Source: Clostridia bacterium (GTDB lineage Bacteria; Bacillota; Clostridia; TANB77; CAG-465). Taken from it: DNA of 64,000 nt. Positions 18,901 through 28,845 of the stretch are shown here, one piece after another. The stretch is taken from assembly GCA_045534225.1 (NCBI GenBank), contig JAZSJJ010000001.1, positions 54,800-118,799 on the forward strand, in the 5' to 3' direction. The translations under genes were made by a program, and so were the position numbers. The notes beneath the pieces are model-generated. The model did no database searches, was not told the origin of the DNA, and was given only the letters and a program-made list of their open reading frames with translations. The first letter of the stretch is position 1, and each line of letters begins with the position of its first letter.

Positions 18901-21500
18901 ATAACTACCAAGAAAATAGAAGACCAAAGATAGTAAATAGAACTTCATCAACAAATATTGGTTATGGTGTACTTGCAATAATAAACGCCTATGACCTTGG
19001 ATATATTCCAGTTGAAGAAGCGGTAAATAAACTATATAACACATTAAAAACAGTAGAAAAACTAGAAAAGTGGAATGGTCACTTATATAACTGGTATAAC
19101 ATTAAAACATTAGAGCCATTAAAGCCTAGATTTGTATCTACAGTAGACAGCGGTAACTTTATAGCATGTATATATGTAACAATATCATTACTTAAAAAGC
19201 TATCAGCTTCTAAAATAGTAATGGAAAAATTATCAGACAAGATAATAGAATTACAAAGAATTTGTAATGAATTAGTAGCAGGAGTGGACTTTACTAAATT
19301 ATATGTAAAATCTAAAAACATATTCTCAATAGGGTTTGATGTAGAGGCAAATAAATGTGTAGACAGTTATTACGATATGTTAATGTCTGAATCAAGATTA
19401 ACAAGCTTAATTGCTATTTCAACATCTCAAATAACTTCAAAACACTGGTTTGCGCTTGCAAGACAACTTGTTAAAGTTGGAAACCTAAAAGGTCTTATTT
19501 CATGGAGTGGTACATCGTTTGAATACTTTATGCCAAACCTATTTACTAAGACACACAAATATACATTGATAGACGAAGCATTAAGTTTTGCATTAAACAG
19601 CCAAATAGATTATGCTAAAACAGCTGGTGTGCCTTGGGGTGTATCTGAATCTGCATTTGCGGTACAAGATAACGAACAACATTACCAATATAAAGCATTT
19701 GGTATTCCATGGCTTGGACTTAAGAGAGGTTTAAATGATAATATGGTAATTTCACCTTATTCATCATTAATTTGCTTACCTTATGCTCCTAAAAAAGTTG
19801 TTAACAACATTAAGCACTTAAAGAAATATAATTCATATTCTCACTATGGTTTCTATGAAGCAATAGACTTCACAAAGAGACATATTGGAAGAGATAGAAA
19901 ATATGAAGTAGTAAGAACATATATGGCTCACCACCAAGGTATGGCTCTTACAGCAATAAATAACTTTATAAATAACGGAATAATACAAACAAGATTCCAC
20001 GAGAATCCAAACATAAATGCTTGTGATATTCTATTAAAAGAAAGAGTGCCGTTATCTGTGCCATTAAAAGAAAGCAAGAACTCAATAGACAACAAATTTG
20101 TAGAACCTGCTAAAGAAGCGTTTACAAGTGGTGTTGCATATGAAGATTTTGCTAAATTTAAGAACAGAACTACAGCTATGATTAATACTCATACTAACGG
20201 TAGACTTTCAACTATAATTAAAGACACTGGTGCAAACTTTATGTACTACAAGAACAATGCAATTACTAAGAACAGATTTGTTAAGGATGAAACTTTAGGA
20301 AATGTTGTAGTATTTACAGATAAAACAAGTGGTAAAGTTTGGTCATCAACATACCATCCATTCTATTCTGAGCCTGAAGAATATTCAGTATCTTACTCAT
20401 TATCTTCAAGTGACTTTAGAAGAAAGGATGGACCAATAGAAACAATAACTAAAATATTAGTAGCTCCTAAATTAGATATGGAAATACGTAAATATACGCT
20501 ATTTAATTCATCTAATGAAAGACGTGAAATACTAATAAATACAGAACTAGAACTTGCAATGGCAGACGAAAACGCAAACATAATACATCCTTCATTTAAT
20601 AATTTATTAATAGAAGAATATTATGATGAAAACTTAGAAGCGTTAGTTGCAAGAAAACGTCCTAGAGGAAACCCAGAAGACGATTTCTATGTATTTACTA
20701 AATTAGTAGGTATAGATTTAGCTTATGAAATAGAAACAGAAAAAACTAAGCTATTAAAGGATAATGCTATGCATGCATATGACGGCAAGGTAACCAAATA
20801 TCCATTATGGCCAGTAATGTCATATAGAGCAAGAATTCTTTTAGATCCTGGCGAATCACAAACATTCTATTACTTAACTGGTGCGGCAGATACTAAATAT
20901 AATGTATCTCACGCAATAGTAAATGCAGATAAAGAAACAATAGAAAAAGAAATTCTATTCTCATTACAAAAAGAAAATGTAAATGCTAAATATCAAAAAC
21001 TTGTTCCAAATAGAGCAGCTGCATATAATGATATACTTTCTAAGATACTATTTGAGCATGATAAAGATATGGATGTAAACAAATATTGGGATTCTAAATA
21101 TAGTCAAGCAATGTTATGGAGATTTGGTATTTCTGGAGATTTACCAATTATAACAGTTCCAATAGGAAGATTAGAAGATTCAGCGTTAATTACAGAAGTT
21201 GTAGAATTTATGGATTACGTTAAATCTAGAAAAGTTGACCTAGATATTATCGTTGTAATGGACGAAGAACTATATAGTGGAGAACCTATCAAAACGCATA
21301 TTGACAAAGTGTTAAGTAAAGTGGTATATATGACTTATACAAGAGGAAATATATATACAGTAAACGTAAATACAATGCCTGAAAATGAAAGAGGAATCTT
21401 TGATTTTGTAAGCAGATTAAAAATTGATGGCGTAGATATATTTATGCCAAAGAAAACAAAAGAAAAACCTATGAGTGAGGTGGATGTGAATGAACTATAA
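15966..21500 (+). CDS. Cyclic beta-1,2-glucan synthase-like protein, part 1: N-terminal TM region, a GT84 glycosyltransferase domain, a second TM cluster and an alpha/alpha cyclisation-type domain
   Basis: LLGDCTST (GT84 DxD region), multi-TM blocks and a RTSSTNIGYGVLAI..KWNGHLYNWYN region like the Cgs/NdvB middle domain. GAGGTG RBS before ATG 15966. A TTGCAA-17-TATAAT promoter lies upstream. Confidence 0.7.
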   Translation: MQEYLFEIDSEVKRNFKFIKSTYDLLNMNNELKIPSHSAGQWLLDNLYIVEQEYNNARLSLEHGIRVGLPTVKPADGKETLRVMFMANEIVNRNNGVVDDGIVSNYIREFQKHTYVTFEELSVLPIMLRIAVIRYIKRICVNISNAEMQKLKVEKRINKSISKNADKVTTKTLKGLGGMKEELTMANGVKTSNTAYIEYMAYKLKDFGAGGEEYLEELKEETNKAGFTIDEAIEKEHDEIAKTTSLIANAITSMKTISTTNWGDVIVHVNRIDEILKEDYTKEYKKCDHKTKSRYRATVIKLAKKYKVSEMYVAKKAVECSFKYEKHVGHFLIGDDKILLIKLMKKNPTGLWLYNNVVKPLKAYIYILLILGFAATFTIIVDKLFIDNYSIGFRITLNIILFAFGMELADKLYSYLIGKFVHPEPLPRFNFAKTIDEETSTIIAMPTVINSTEKLDKMIKKMETTYLANRSQNMYYMLLGDCTSTQKEYIDLDEKVVKYGKKLIDDLNAKYPAEPKLFNFLYRKRVYSESEGCYMGWERKRGALTQLNLLLLGKLSKGQIANSMYLVHNEIPKVKYLITIDEDTALSLNSAKELVAIISHPLNKAVLAKNKKIVKSGYGLIQPAVGLDIEAANSSIFSKVFGGFGGLDIYTNAISNMYQDIFKEAIYTGKGIYDIGLFEQLIGDKVPENLILSHDLLEGSFMRTGLASDVEVQDGFPSNFIAYMKRNHRWYRGDMQIISWIFRPKSGLNLLSRFKIFDNLRREMLDVFSLLLLIVSMFIKGNTFVYAFVVTFCVMNFGYLLSTFDQIVFGRNAERKQKQYIPVIYGLRANLLKMVFNIITLPYKAWITIHAFCTSIYRMLVSKKKLLEWATAETIEKGAKEKMSYVYRNMWPNTIFGSVMLLYALLHGVTTGKGIFVLIMGIFMLIAPFAAYIMSKKVIFDGGNKLDKKEIDLVKEVGEKTWKFFEHTMTDLNNYLPPDNYQENRRPKIVNRTSSTNIGYGVLAIINAYDLGYIPVEEAVNKLYNTLKTVEKLEKWNGHLYNWYNIKTLEPLKPRFVSTVDSGNFIACIYVTISLLKKLSASKIVMEKLSDKIIELQRICNELVAGVDFTKLYVKSKNIFSIGFDVEANKCVDSYYDMLMSESRLTSLIAISTSQITSKHWFALARQLVKVGNLKGLISWSGTSFEYFMPNLFTKTHKYTLIDEALSFALNSQIDYAKTAGVPWGVSESAFAVQDNEQHYQYKAFGIPWLGLKRGLNDNMVISPYSSLICLPYAPKKVVNNIKHLKKYNSYSHYGFYEAIDFTKRHIGRDRKYEVVRTYMAHHQGMALTAINNFINNGIIQTRFHENPNINACDILLKERVPLSVPLKESKNSIDNKFVEPAKEAFTSGVAYEDFAKFKNRTTAMINTHTNGRLSTIIKDTGANFMYYKNNAITKNRFVKDETLGNVVVFTDKTSGKVWSSTYHPFYSEPEEYSVSYSLSSSDFRRKDGPIETITKILVAPKLDMEIRKYTLFNSSNERREILINTELELAMADENANIIHPSFNNLLIEEYYDENLEALVARKRPRGNPEDDFYVFTKLVGIDLAYEIETEKTKLLKDNAMHAYDGKVTKYPLWPVMSYRARILLDPGESQTFYYLTGAADTKYNVSHAIVNADKETIEKEILFSLQKENVNAKYQKLVPNRAAAYNDILSKILFEHDKDMDVNKYWDSKYSQAMLWRFGISGDLPIITVPIGRLEDSALITEVVEFMDYVKSRKVDLDIIVVMDEELYSGEPIKTHIDKVLSKVVYMTYTRGNIYTVNVNTMPENERGIFDFVSRLKIDGVDIFMPKKTKEKPMSEVDVNEL

Positions 21501-23646
21501 AGCATATAATGGATATGGTGGTTTTAATATAACAGGAGACGAGTATGAGGTGTTAAACACCCATACTCCTGTCCCTTGGTGTAATGTATTAACAAACGAG
21601 AGATTCGGTACCTTAGTATCTACATATGGAACGGTTTATTCATTCTATAAAAATGCTGGTGAATTTAAATTAACTCACTGGTGTAATGACTGGGCAGATT
21701 TTGTACCAGGTGAAAAATTTAGAGGTATATATGATACAGGGTATAATCTAACTTTTGGTTTTGGTTATACTAAAGTAAGAGAAGAACACGGCAATATTGA
21801 AAGAAATATGGATATATTTGTTCCAATAGATGATGATGTAAAAGTACATTATATAGAAATTAAGAATAATAGAGCTATAGACAAAGAAGTAACTATAGAA
21901 TACACTCCAGATATGGTTATGGGTGTTGCTAAAGAGAAATCTAGTCCATACGTATTATGCAAATTAGAAGATGATGCAATGTACTTTAAGAATCCATATA
22001 ACGAGTTCTTTGGTGGTGTTACTACATATGTCAAAGGTGTTCTGTTAGAAGGCACAGAAGGCGCTGTGGAATATGACGAAGAAACACATACGGTTAGAGT
22101 AAGATGTATTGCAAAGAAGGATGAAGTAAGAAGCATAGCGATTCTATTTGGCGCTACTGATGAAGGAATAGAAAAGGCTAAGCATGTACTTGAAAAATAT
22201 TCTAGCGAGGCCAATATATTAGCTGAATACGAAAAAACAAAAGCGTACTGGAGAAGTAAAGTTGTACGTAATTTCAAAACTGGAAATGAGTACGTAGATA
22301 TCTTAGCTAATGGGTGGTTAATGTATCAAACATTAGCATCTAGACTATTTGCTAGAACTGGACTTTACCAAGCTGGTGGAGCTTTTGGGTATAGAGATCA
22401 ATTACAAGATACATTAGCATTAATTTCATCTTGGCCAGAAAGAACAAGAGCGCAAATAATAAAACACGCACACAAACAATTTGAAAAAGGTGATGTTTTG
22501 CACTGGTGGCACGAACATAATTCAAGAGGAATTAGAACTCGCTTTAGCGATGACTATCTATGGCTACCATATGTTCTTAGTGAATATATATTTAAGACTA
22601 AAGATATGACTGTATTAAATGAGACAGCTTCATTTTTAGAAGATAAACCTTTAGGCGAACACAAGGAACTTTATGATTACTTTGCGCCTACTGGAGTCTA
22701 TGCTACTGTTTATGAACATGCGGTAAGAGCTATAAAATACGGCTTGTCTAGAAAAGGTAGACATGGGTTGTTAGAAATAGGCGATGGAGATTGGAATGAC
22801 GGTTTCAGCAATATAAACGGTGAATCTGTATGGCTAACATTCTTTATGATAGACATATTAGATAGATTTATTAAACTAGCAGATATGATGAAAAACGAAG
22901 AAGATTCTAAATATTTTGCAAACGAAAGACATATTCTAAAACATACAGTTATAGATTATGCATGGACGGGAGAATACTTTGCAAGGGCATTCTATCCAGA
23001 TGGAACTCCAATAGGAACACCAGATAGTCCAGATTGCAAAATAGACTTAATATCTCAAGCTTGGGCGGCTATAGCTCTTAAAGAATATATAGACTGCAAA
23101 GAAGAGATAGATTTAAGCTTAGAGAGTGCAGAAAAGTATCTAGTAGATAGAGAACATGGAGTAATAAAACTTCTTTATCCACCATTTGATAGTCCTAAGA
23201 ATAACCCAGGGTACATTAAAGCATATGTTCCTGGTGTTAGAGAAAATGGAGGACAATATACACACGCGGCAATATGGCTTGCAAAAGCATATTTTGAAAT
23301 AAATAAGCCAGAAAAAGCGTTAGATATATTAAGTATATTAAACCCAATAAATCATAGCAACGATAAAGAAAGAGCTGAGATTTATCAAGTAGAACCTTAT
23401 GTTGTTGCTGCTGATGTTTATGCAAATCCAGATCATGTTGGACGTGGCGGATGGACTTGGTATACAGGTTCTTCAGGTTGGATGTATAAAGTAATAGAAG
23501 ACAATTTTAATCAAGTAGGAACAGAAACTACTGAACTTAAGGAAGAAAAGAAACCAGTTAAAAGAACTACTAGAAAGAAAAAAGTAGAACCGGTTGCAGA
23601 AGAAGTAAAAGAAGAAACTACTACAGAAGTAGAAAATGTAGAATAA
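21490..23646 (+). CDS. GH94 (cellobiose phosphorylase-like) domain protein, equivalent to the C-terminal part of cyclic beta-1,2-glucan synthase. The ATG overlaps the upstream stop.
   Basis: GAFGYRDQLQD and GDGDWNDG GH94 catalytic-region motifs. The start ATGAACTATAA overlaps the TAA of the preceding ORF. Lys/Glu-rich C-terminal tail. Confidence 0.75.
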   Translation: MNYKAYNGYGGFNITGDEYEVLNTHTPVPWCNVLTNERFGTLVSTYGTVYSFYKNAGEFKLTHWCNDWADFVPGEKFRGIYDTGYNLTFGFGYTKVREEHGNIERNMDIFVPIDDDVKVHYIEIKNNRAIDKEVTIEYTPDMVMGVAKEKSSPYVLCKLEDDAMYFKNPYNEFFGGVTTYVKGVLLEGTEGAVEYDEETHTVRVRCIAKKDEVRSIAILFGATDEGIEKAKHVLEKYSSEANILAEYEKTKAYWRSKVVRNFKTGNEYVDILANGWLMYQTLASRLFARTGLYQAGGAFGYRDQLQDTLALISSWPERTRAQIIKHAHKQFEKGDVLHWWHEHNSRGIRTRFSDDYLWLPYVLSEYIFKTKDMTVLNETASFLEDKPLGEHKELYDYFAPTGVYATVYEHAVRAIKYGLSRKGRHGLLEIGDGDWNDGFSNINGESVWLTFFMIDILDRFIKLADMMKNEEDSKYFANERHILKHTVIDYAWTGEYFARAFYPDGTPIGTPDSPDCKIDLISQAWAAIALKEYIDCKEEIDLSLESAEKYLVDREHGVIKLLYPPFDSPKNNPGYIKAYVPGVRENGGQYTHAAIWLAKAYFEINKPEKALDILSILNPINHSNDKERAEIYQVEPYVVAADVYANPDHVGRGGWTWYTGSSGWMYKVIEDNFNQVGTETTELKEEKKPVKRTTRKKKVEPVAEEVKEETTTEVENVE

Positions 23647-23652
23647 TATTTT

Positions 23653-23683
23653 TAAGAGTGCATAGAAATATGTGCTCTTTTTA
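23653..23683 (+). terminator. Terminator hairpin, copy 1 of an identical 31-bp direct repeat
   Basis: taagagtgcatagaaatatgtgctcttttta; it is repeated exactly at 24913-24943. Confidence 0.7.
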
Positions 23684-23747
23684 TGTTTTTATTGACTAAA
23701 GGCAAAATATAAAATATACTATGTATATATGTGCAAAGGAGAAAAAA

Positions 23748-24902
23748 GTGAACAAGAAACAAGGAATATCATTAATAGTATTAGTAATAACTATAATAGT
23801 TATGATAATATTAGCGTCTGTAGTTGTTATTTCAATAAGCGATACAGGAATAATAAACAGAGCGAATCAAGCAGTAGACGAATCAAACGAGAAGCAGGTA
23901 CAAGATTTAGCTGCGTTGGTTTGGGCTGATTCTTTTATGACTGGAAAAAGGGGTGCTGAGTTAGAAGAAGATGTCTTAGACAAACTAAAAGACTATGTAG
24001 ATAAATATGAGATAATAGTTACAGATACAGGAGCTAGTGTAGTTAACAAAGATTCATTATTAAATACAACACTAGGACACTTAATTACAAGTGCCAAAGA
24101 CTATGGAAAAACTATAAATTATGAAGCGAACGGAGTAACAGATTGGAAAGTATTTTATCATACAGAAAACTATGTATATTTAATAGCCACTGAAGCATTA
24201 GCCATGGATCAACTGCCAATACAAAAGATGGCTGCAGAACATAAAATTCCGTTAGTAACAAAGCTTGTAACTAAACCGAATGGAACAACAAAAGTAATTG
24301 GACATATAAATCTTCAAAGCAGTGCTACCCACAGAGATGTGATAGCGGCAACAATACAACGCCCAGAATTATGGATGGCCAATTTTGGGGATTATTCAAA
24401 AAATTATGGCAAGCTAATATCTTGTTATTTAGATGAAACAATATGGGATTTATATAAGAATACAACATCAAGATACAGTGAGTACATAGAAGGAGCTATA
24501 GGCACTCCCACTGTCGAAATGTTTGTAGCAAGTTGGAATGCTAAAAGAGAAGCAACTGGAGATTTTGAAACGTATAACAAGAAACTTGCATTAGTATCTG
24601 ATGGTAGTAAAGGATACTATGTAAATGATATAACTTCTGGTGAGCCTGCTACAAGTAATACGTCTTACCAATATATCACGCCAACCGATACTTTATATAC
24701 ATGGGATTATTCAAGCCACAATTCGGATATATATTTAGCGGGAATGTCTACCTTCGATAACGGTTCGCAAATGATATTACAAATGGGGTATGGTATTAGA
24801 TATTTCGGAAATAATGGTGCAACAGGTGGATTAAGACCTGTAATTTGCTTAAGAGCAGATGTGCCAGCAGGAACAGGAATAAAAACAGATTTTATAATAT
24901 AA
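23748..24902 (+). CDS. Pilin-like N-terminal module protein, paralogue 2 of 3. The C-terminal domain differs from paralogue 1 and is related to paralogue 3.
   Basis: AAAGGAG RBS then GTG 23748 (NKKQGISLIVLVITIIVMIILA). The N-terminal 65 aa are conserved with 163 and 59496. C-terminal PVICLRA..AGTG..TDF motif shared with paralogue 3. Confidence 0.55.
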   Translation: MNKKQGISLIVLVITIIVMIILASVVVISISDTGIINRANQAVDESNEKQVQDLAALVWADSFMTGKRGAELEEDVLDKLKDYVDKYEIIVTDTGASVVNKDSLLNTTLGHLITSAKDYGKTINYEANGVTDWKVFYHTENYVYLIATEALAMDQLPIQKMAAEHKIPLVTKLVTKPNGTTKVIGHINLQSSATHRDVIAATIQRPELWMANFGDYSKNYGKLISCYLDETIWDLYKNTTSRYSEYIEGAIGTPTVEMFVASWNAKREATGDFETYNKKLALVSDGSKGYYVNDITSGEPATSNTSYQYITPTDTLYTWDYSSHNSDIYLAGMSTFDNGSQMILQMGYGIRYFGNNGATGGLRPVICLRADVPAGTGIKTDFII

Positions 24903-24912
24903 ATTTAATATA

Positions 24913-24943
24913 TAAGAGTGCATAGAAATATGTGCTCTTTTTA
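24913..24943 (+). terminator. Terminator hairpin, copy 2 of the identical 31-bp direct repeat
   Basis: Exact repeat of 23653-23683, immediately after the stop of the 23748 gene. Confidence 0.7.
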
Positions 24944-25083
24944 CACTCCCGTTGATTAAGATGTAAAAGTAATCGTTTTAGACATAAAAACTCCTTATTT
25001 GACCTTTTAGAGCCTTTGTGCTATAATTTTATGTGTAAGATATATGTAAATAAATTATAATTATATATTAGGAGAATTAGCAC

Positions 25084-25377
25084 ATGATGGAAAAAATTGA
25101 AAGCCTATGGAGAGTAGGAATTCGGTTTAATGAAGTTCAGTTTATTGGAATAGCGCCAAGGCTTGGTGGGATATTCGGTAACGCAACTGAGCAAGCTCTT
25201 TTAACCAAAGCTGTAGATTATATTGAACAAGCTCAAAAGTTTGCAGAATGTATACCGGTATCCAAGCTGCCTGACGGAATGGAAGTCGTAAGCAAAAACG
25301 ATGTAATGGTGGGTTTTACGCTAATGTTTAAGGAAGCAGAAAAAGCAAAATTATTCCTTGAAAGCATTAAGCAGTAA
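25084..25377 (+). CDS. Hypothetical small protein, GC-elevated (about 40%)
   Basis: ORF with an AGGAGAA RBS and a downstream hairpin plus T7 terminator (attgtcaca..tgtggcaat). No family recognised. Confidence 0.4.
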   Translation: MMEKIESLWRVGIRFNEVQFIGIAPRLGGIFGNATEQALLTKAVDYIEQAQKFAECIPVSKLPDGMEVVSKNDVMVGFTLMFKEAEKAKLFLESIKQ

Positions 25378-25521
25378 CCATAAAAAGATTGTCACATAAA
25401 TTGTGGCAATTTTTTTGTATATATTCCAATTTTTGTAGTATAAATATTACATAATTGCTTGTAAATAACTTTATTTGTGATATAATTTAGTAGTTACATG
25501 TGAAGAAAGGAAGATATAAAC

Positions 25522-26805
25522 ATGAGTGTTAAAATAGAAAAATTAGAAGGATCAAAAGTAAAATTAGATTTTACAGTAGAATCAGCAAAATTTAATGAAG
25601 CATTAGACCAAGCTTTTAAAGAAAATTCAGGAAAATTCAAAATGCCTGGTTTTAGAAATGGTAAAGTACCAAGAAACGTTATAGAAAAAACATATGGCGA
25701 AAATGTGTTATTTGAAGAAGCTTTTGGAATATTAGCTGAAAAAGAATATATGGCAGCAGTTATAGAAAACAATCTAGAAGTTGTTTCTGAACCAAGACTA
25801 GCTAAAATGGATAAATTAAGCAAAACTGAGGACATAACATTCTCTATCGAAGTATTTGTTAAACCAGAAGCAAAACTTAAAAAATATAAAGGATTAACAA
25901 TAGAAAAAGTAAATACTGAAGTAACAGACGCAGATGTAGATGCTGAACTAGAAAATATGAGAAATAAAAACGCTAGAATAGTAGCTAAAGAAGAAGGCAC
26001 TGTAGAAAAAGGAGATATAGCTAATATAGATTTCGAAGGATTCTTAGATGGCGTAGCATTTGATGGCGGAAAAGCTGAAAAATATGATCTTGAAATAGGA
26101 TCTGGATCATTTATACCGGGATTTGAGGAACAAATCGTTGGAATGAAAGTTGGAGATGAAAAAGATATTACAACTACATTCCCTGAAGAATATGGTAACC
26201 AAGATTTAGCTGGCAAAGAAACAATATTCAAAATCAAATTACATGAAATAAAGAAAAAAGAGTTACCAGCTCTTGATGATGAATTTGCAAAAGACGTATC
26301 AGAATTTGATACATTAGCTGAATACAAAAATTCATTAAAAGAAAAATTAGCTAAAAACAAAGAAACTCAAGCTAAAGCCGAAAGAGAATCTAAAGCAGTA
26401 GAAGCTTTAATTAAAGAATTAGATGTTGAAATACCAGAAGTTATGATTCACAATCAAATTCACAACATGATTCATGAATTTGAACAAAATCTAGCATACC
26501 AAGGTATGACACTTGATCAATATATGGAAATATTAAATATTGACCATAAAGCATTACATGATCAATTCGAAGAACCAGCAGTAAGAGATATCAAATTAAA
26601 TCTTGCTATGGAAGAAGTAGTTAAAGCTGAAAACGTTGAAGTAACTGACGAAGAAGTTATAGCTAAAGTTGAAGAATTATGCGCAGCTTATGGTCAAGAT
26701 GCAACTTCTATGAAAGAAAATGAAAACGTAAAAGAATACATGAGAACTAAATTAAAACAAGAAAAAGCTATGAATGTTGTAGTAGAAAACGTTAAAGAAA
26801 AATAG
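25522..26805 (+). CDS. tig: Trigger factor
   Basis: N-terminal ribosome-binding motif GFRNGKVPR and an FKBP-type PPIase domain. Promoter TTGTAA..TGTGATATAAT. Confidence 0.95.
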   Translation: MSVKIEKLEGSKVKLDFTVESAKFNEALDQAFKENSGKFKMPGFRNGKVPRNVIEKTYGENVLFEEAFGILAEKEYMAAVIENNLEVVSEPRLAKMDKLSKTEDITFSIEVFVKPEAKLKKYKGLTIEKVNTEVTDADVDAELENMRNKNARIVAKEEGTVEKGDIANIDFEGFLDGVAFDGGKAEKYDLEIGSGSFIPGFEEQIVGMKVGDEKDITTTFPEEYGNQDLAGKETIFKIKLHEIKKKELPALDDEFAKDVSEFDTLAEYKNSLKEKLAKNKETQAKAERESKAVEALIKELDVEIPEVMIHNQIHNMIHEFEQNLAYQGMTLDQYMEILNIDHKALHDQFEEPAVRDIKLNLAMEEVVKAENVEVTDEEVIAKVEELCAAYGQDATSMKENENVKEYMRTKLKQEKAMNVVVENVKEK

Positions 26806-26829
26806 TTTTTATTGGAGGTAAAAATATAT

Positions 26830-27426
26830 ATGAAAAATAGTTTAGTACCAATGGTTGTTGAACAAACAAGCAAAGGTGAAAGATCATATGACATTTACTC
26901 AAGACTTCTAAAAGAAAGAATAATATTCTTATCTGAAGAAGTAAATGATGTAACAGCCTCTTTAGTAGTAGCTCAATTACTATTCTTAGATGCTGAAGAT
27001 CCAGGTAAAGATATACATTTATATATCAATAGCCCTGGCGGTAGTGTAACAGCTGGTATGGCTATATATGATACAATGCAATACATCAAATCTGATGTAT
27101 GTACAATATGTATTGGTATGGCAGCAAGTATGGGAGCGTTCCTATTAGCAGCTGGTAAAAAAGGTAAAAGATTTGCATTACCAAATAGTACAATAATGAT
27201 TCACCAACCTTTAGGTGGTGTTCAAGGTCAAGCTAGTGATATTAAAATTCATACAGATTATTTATTAATGATTAAAGATAAATTAAACAGAATTTTAAGC
27301 GAAAATACTGGCAAGCCATTAGAGCAAATTGAAAAAGATACAGATAGAGATAACTTCCTGTCTAGCAAAGAAGCTAAAGAATATGGCTTAATTGATGAAG
27401 TTATGACAAGTATTAACGAGTTATAA
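26830..27426 (+). CDS. clpP: ATP-dependent Clp protease proteolytic subunit
   Basis: Catalytic triad context GMAASMGAF and HQPLGG. GGAGG RBS 10 nt before ATG 26830. Confidence 0.95.
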   Translation: MKNSLVPMVVEQTSKGERSYDIYSRLLKERIIFLSEEVNDVTASLVVAQLLFLDAEDPGKDIHLYINSPGGSVTAGMAIYDTMQYIKSDVCTICIGMAASMGAFLLAAGKKGKRFALPNSTIMIHQPLGGVQGQASDIKIHTDYLLMIKDKLNRILSENTGKPLEQIEKDTDRDNFLSSKEAKEYGLIDEVMTSINEL

Positions 27427-27441
27427 TATAAGGAGATTAAA

Positions 27442-28773
27442 ATGGCAAAGAAAACAAATAATGGTAACAATGATTATGATATATTTTGTTCTTTTTGTGG
27501 AAGATTTAAAGATGAGGTCGGCAAGATGATTGCCGGCCCTAATGGCATCTTTATATGTGAAGACTGTATAGATGTTTGTAATAAGGTAATATTAGAAGAT
27601 TTAATGCTTGGTGAACAAGAGGAAATGGAAAGAGCCGGTTCTAATGGTAAGGCGAAAGCAAAACCTGAAACAAGTGCTTCTTTAACAAGCAAAAAAGAAC
27701 TAATAGAAAACACAGAGCTTCCTACACCAGAACAAATAAAGAAAATACTAGATGAATATGTAGTAGGACAAGATTCTGCTAAAAAGATACTTGCAGTTGC
27801 TGTATATAACCATTATAAAAGAATAAGAAATCTAGATAAAATAGATGATGTAGAAATACAAAAGAGTAATATATTAATGCTAGGACCTACTGGATGTGGT
27901 AAAACACTTATGGCACAAACACTTGCTAAAGTATTAAGAGTACCATTTGCAATAGCAGACGCTACAACCCTTACTGAAGCTGGTTATGTAGGTGAAGACG
28001 TAGAAAACATATTACTTCGTCTAATACAAGCGGCGGACTGGGATATATCTAAAGCAGAAAAAGGTATCATATATATAGATGAGTTAGATAAGATTACAAG
28101 AAAATCTGAAAACCCATCTATAACAAGAGATGTTAGTGGAGAAGGCGTACAACAAGCACTTCTTAAAATAATAGAAGGAACAACTGCTAATGTTCCTCCG
28201 GGGGGCGGAAGAAAACATCCTCAACAAGAATATTTAAAGATAGATACTACAAACATATTATTTATATGTGGTGGTGCATTCGAAGGCTTAGATAAGATTA
28301 TAGAAGCTAGAGTTGGTGAAAAATCTATGGGATTTGGATCTAAACTTGAAGACAAGAAAGATATAGATTATGGAACAATATTTAGTAAGGTATTACCAAA
28401 TGATATTATTAAATTTGGTCTTATACCAGAATTAGTAGGACGTCTTCCAATAATAACATCTTTATCTCAATTAGATGAAAAAGCATTGGTAGATATTCTA
28501 ACTAAACCTAAGAATTCTATACTTAAGCAATATAAAAAACTACTTAAAATGGATAATGTTGAATTAGACTTTAGAAAAGATGCTTTAGAAGAAATAGTAA
28601 GTCTTGCAATAGAAAGAAAAACTGGAGCAAGAGGTCTTAGAGCAATACTTGAAGAGACTATGCTTAATGCAATGTATGATATACCATCTAATAAGAATAT
28701 TAGTAAATGTATAATTACTAAAGAAGTGGTTACAAAAGAATTAGGACCTATATATGAATATAGAAATCAATAA
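27442..28773 (+). CDS. clpX: ATP-dependent Clp protease ATP-binding subunit ClpX
   Basis: Zn-binding C4 N-terminus (CSFCGR..CEDC), Walker A GPTGCGKT and the pore loop GYVGEDV. Confidence 0.95.
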   Translation: MAKKTNNGNNDYDIFCSFCGRFKDEVGKMIAGPNGIFICEDCIDVCNKVILEDLMLGEQEEMERAGSNGKAKAKPETSASLTSKKELIENTELPTPEQIKKILDEYVVGQDSAKKILAVAVYNHYKRIRNLDKIDDVEIQKSNILMLGPTGCGKTLMAQTLAKVLRVPFAIADATTLTEAGYVGEDVENILLRLIQAADWDISKAEKGIIYIDELDKITRKSENPSITRDVSGEGVQQALLKIIEGTTANVPPGGGRKHPQQEYLKIDTTNILFICGGAFEGLDKIIEARVGEKSMGFGSKLEDKKDIDYGTIFSKVLPNDIIKFGLIPELVGRLPIITSLSQLDEKALVDILTKPKNSILKQYKKLLKMDNVELDFRKDALEEIVSLAIERKTGARGLRAILEETMLNAMYDIPSNKNISKCIITKEVVTKELGPIYEYRNQ

Positions 28774-28814
28774 TTAATAGTATAATAATTAATAATATTT
28801 AGATATGAAAGAAC

Positions 28815-28845
28815 CCGTAAATTAATACGGGCTCTTATTTTTTTA
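28815..28845. terminator. Bidirectional terminator after clpX
   Basis: cccgtaaattaatacggg hairpin followed by a T-run. Confidence 0.7.

Noticed and set aside
21480-21510. Calling the Cgs-like pair a frameshifted pseudogene
   Set aside because: ORF2 starts with a canonical ATG exactly at the GH94 N-terminal domain boundary, in an ATGA..TAA overlap typical of translational coupling. Without a reference alignment I cannot show that residues are missing, so I report it as two CDSs and flag the alternative.
25494-26360. 288-aa minus-strand ORF
   Set aside because: It lies antisense within trigger factor (tig). It is rich in Ser, Phe and Asn, as expected for an AT-rich antisense frame, and has no start context. 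Spurious.
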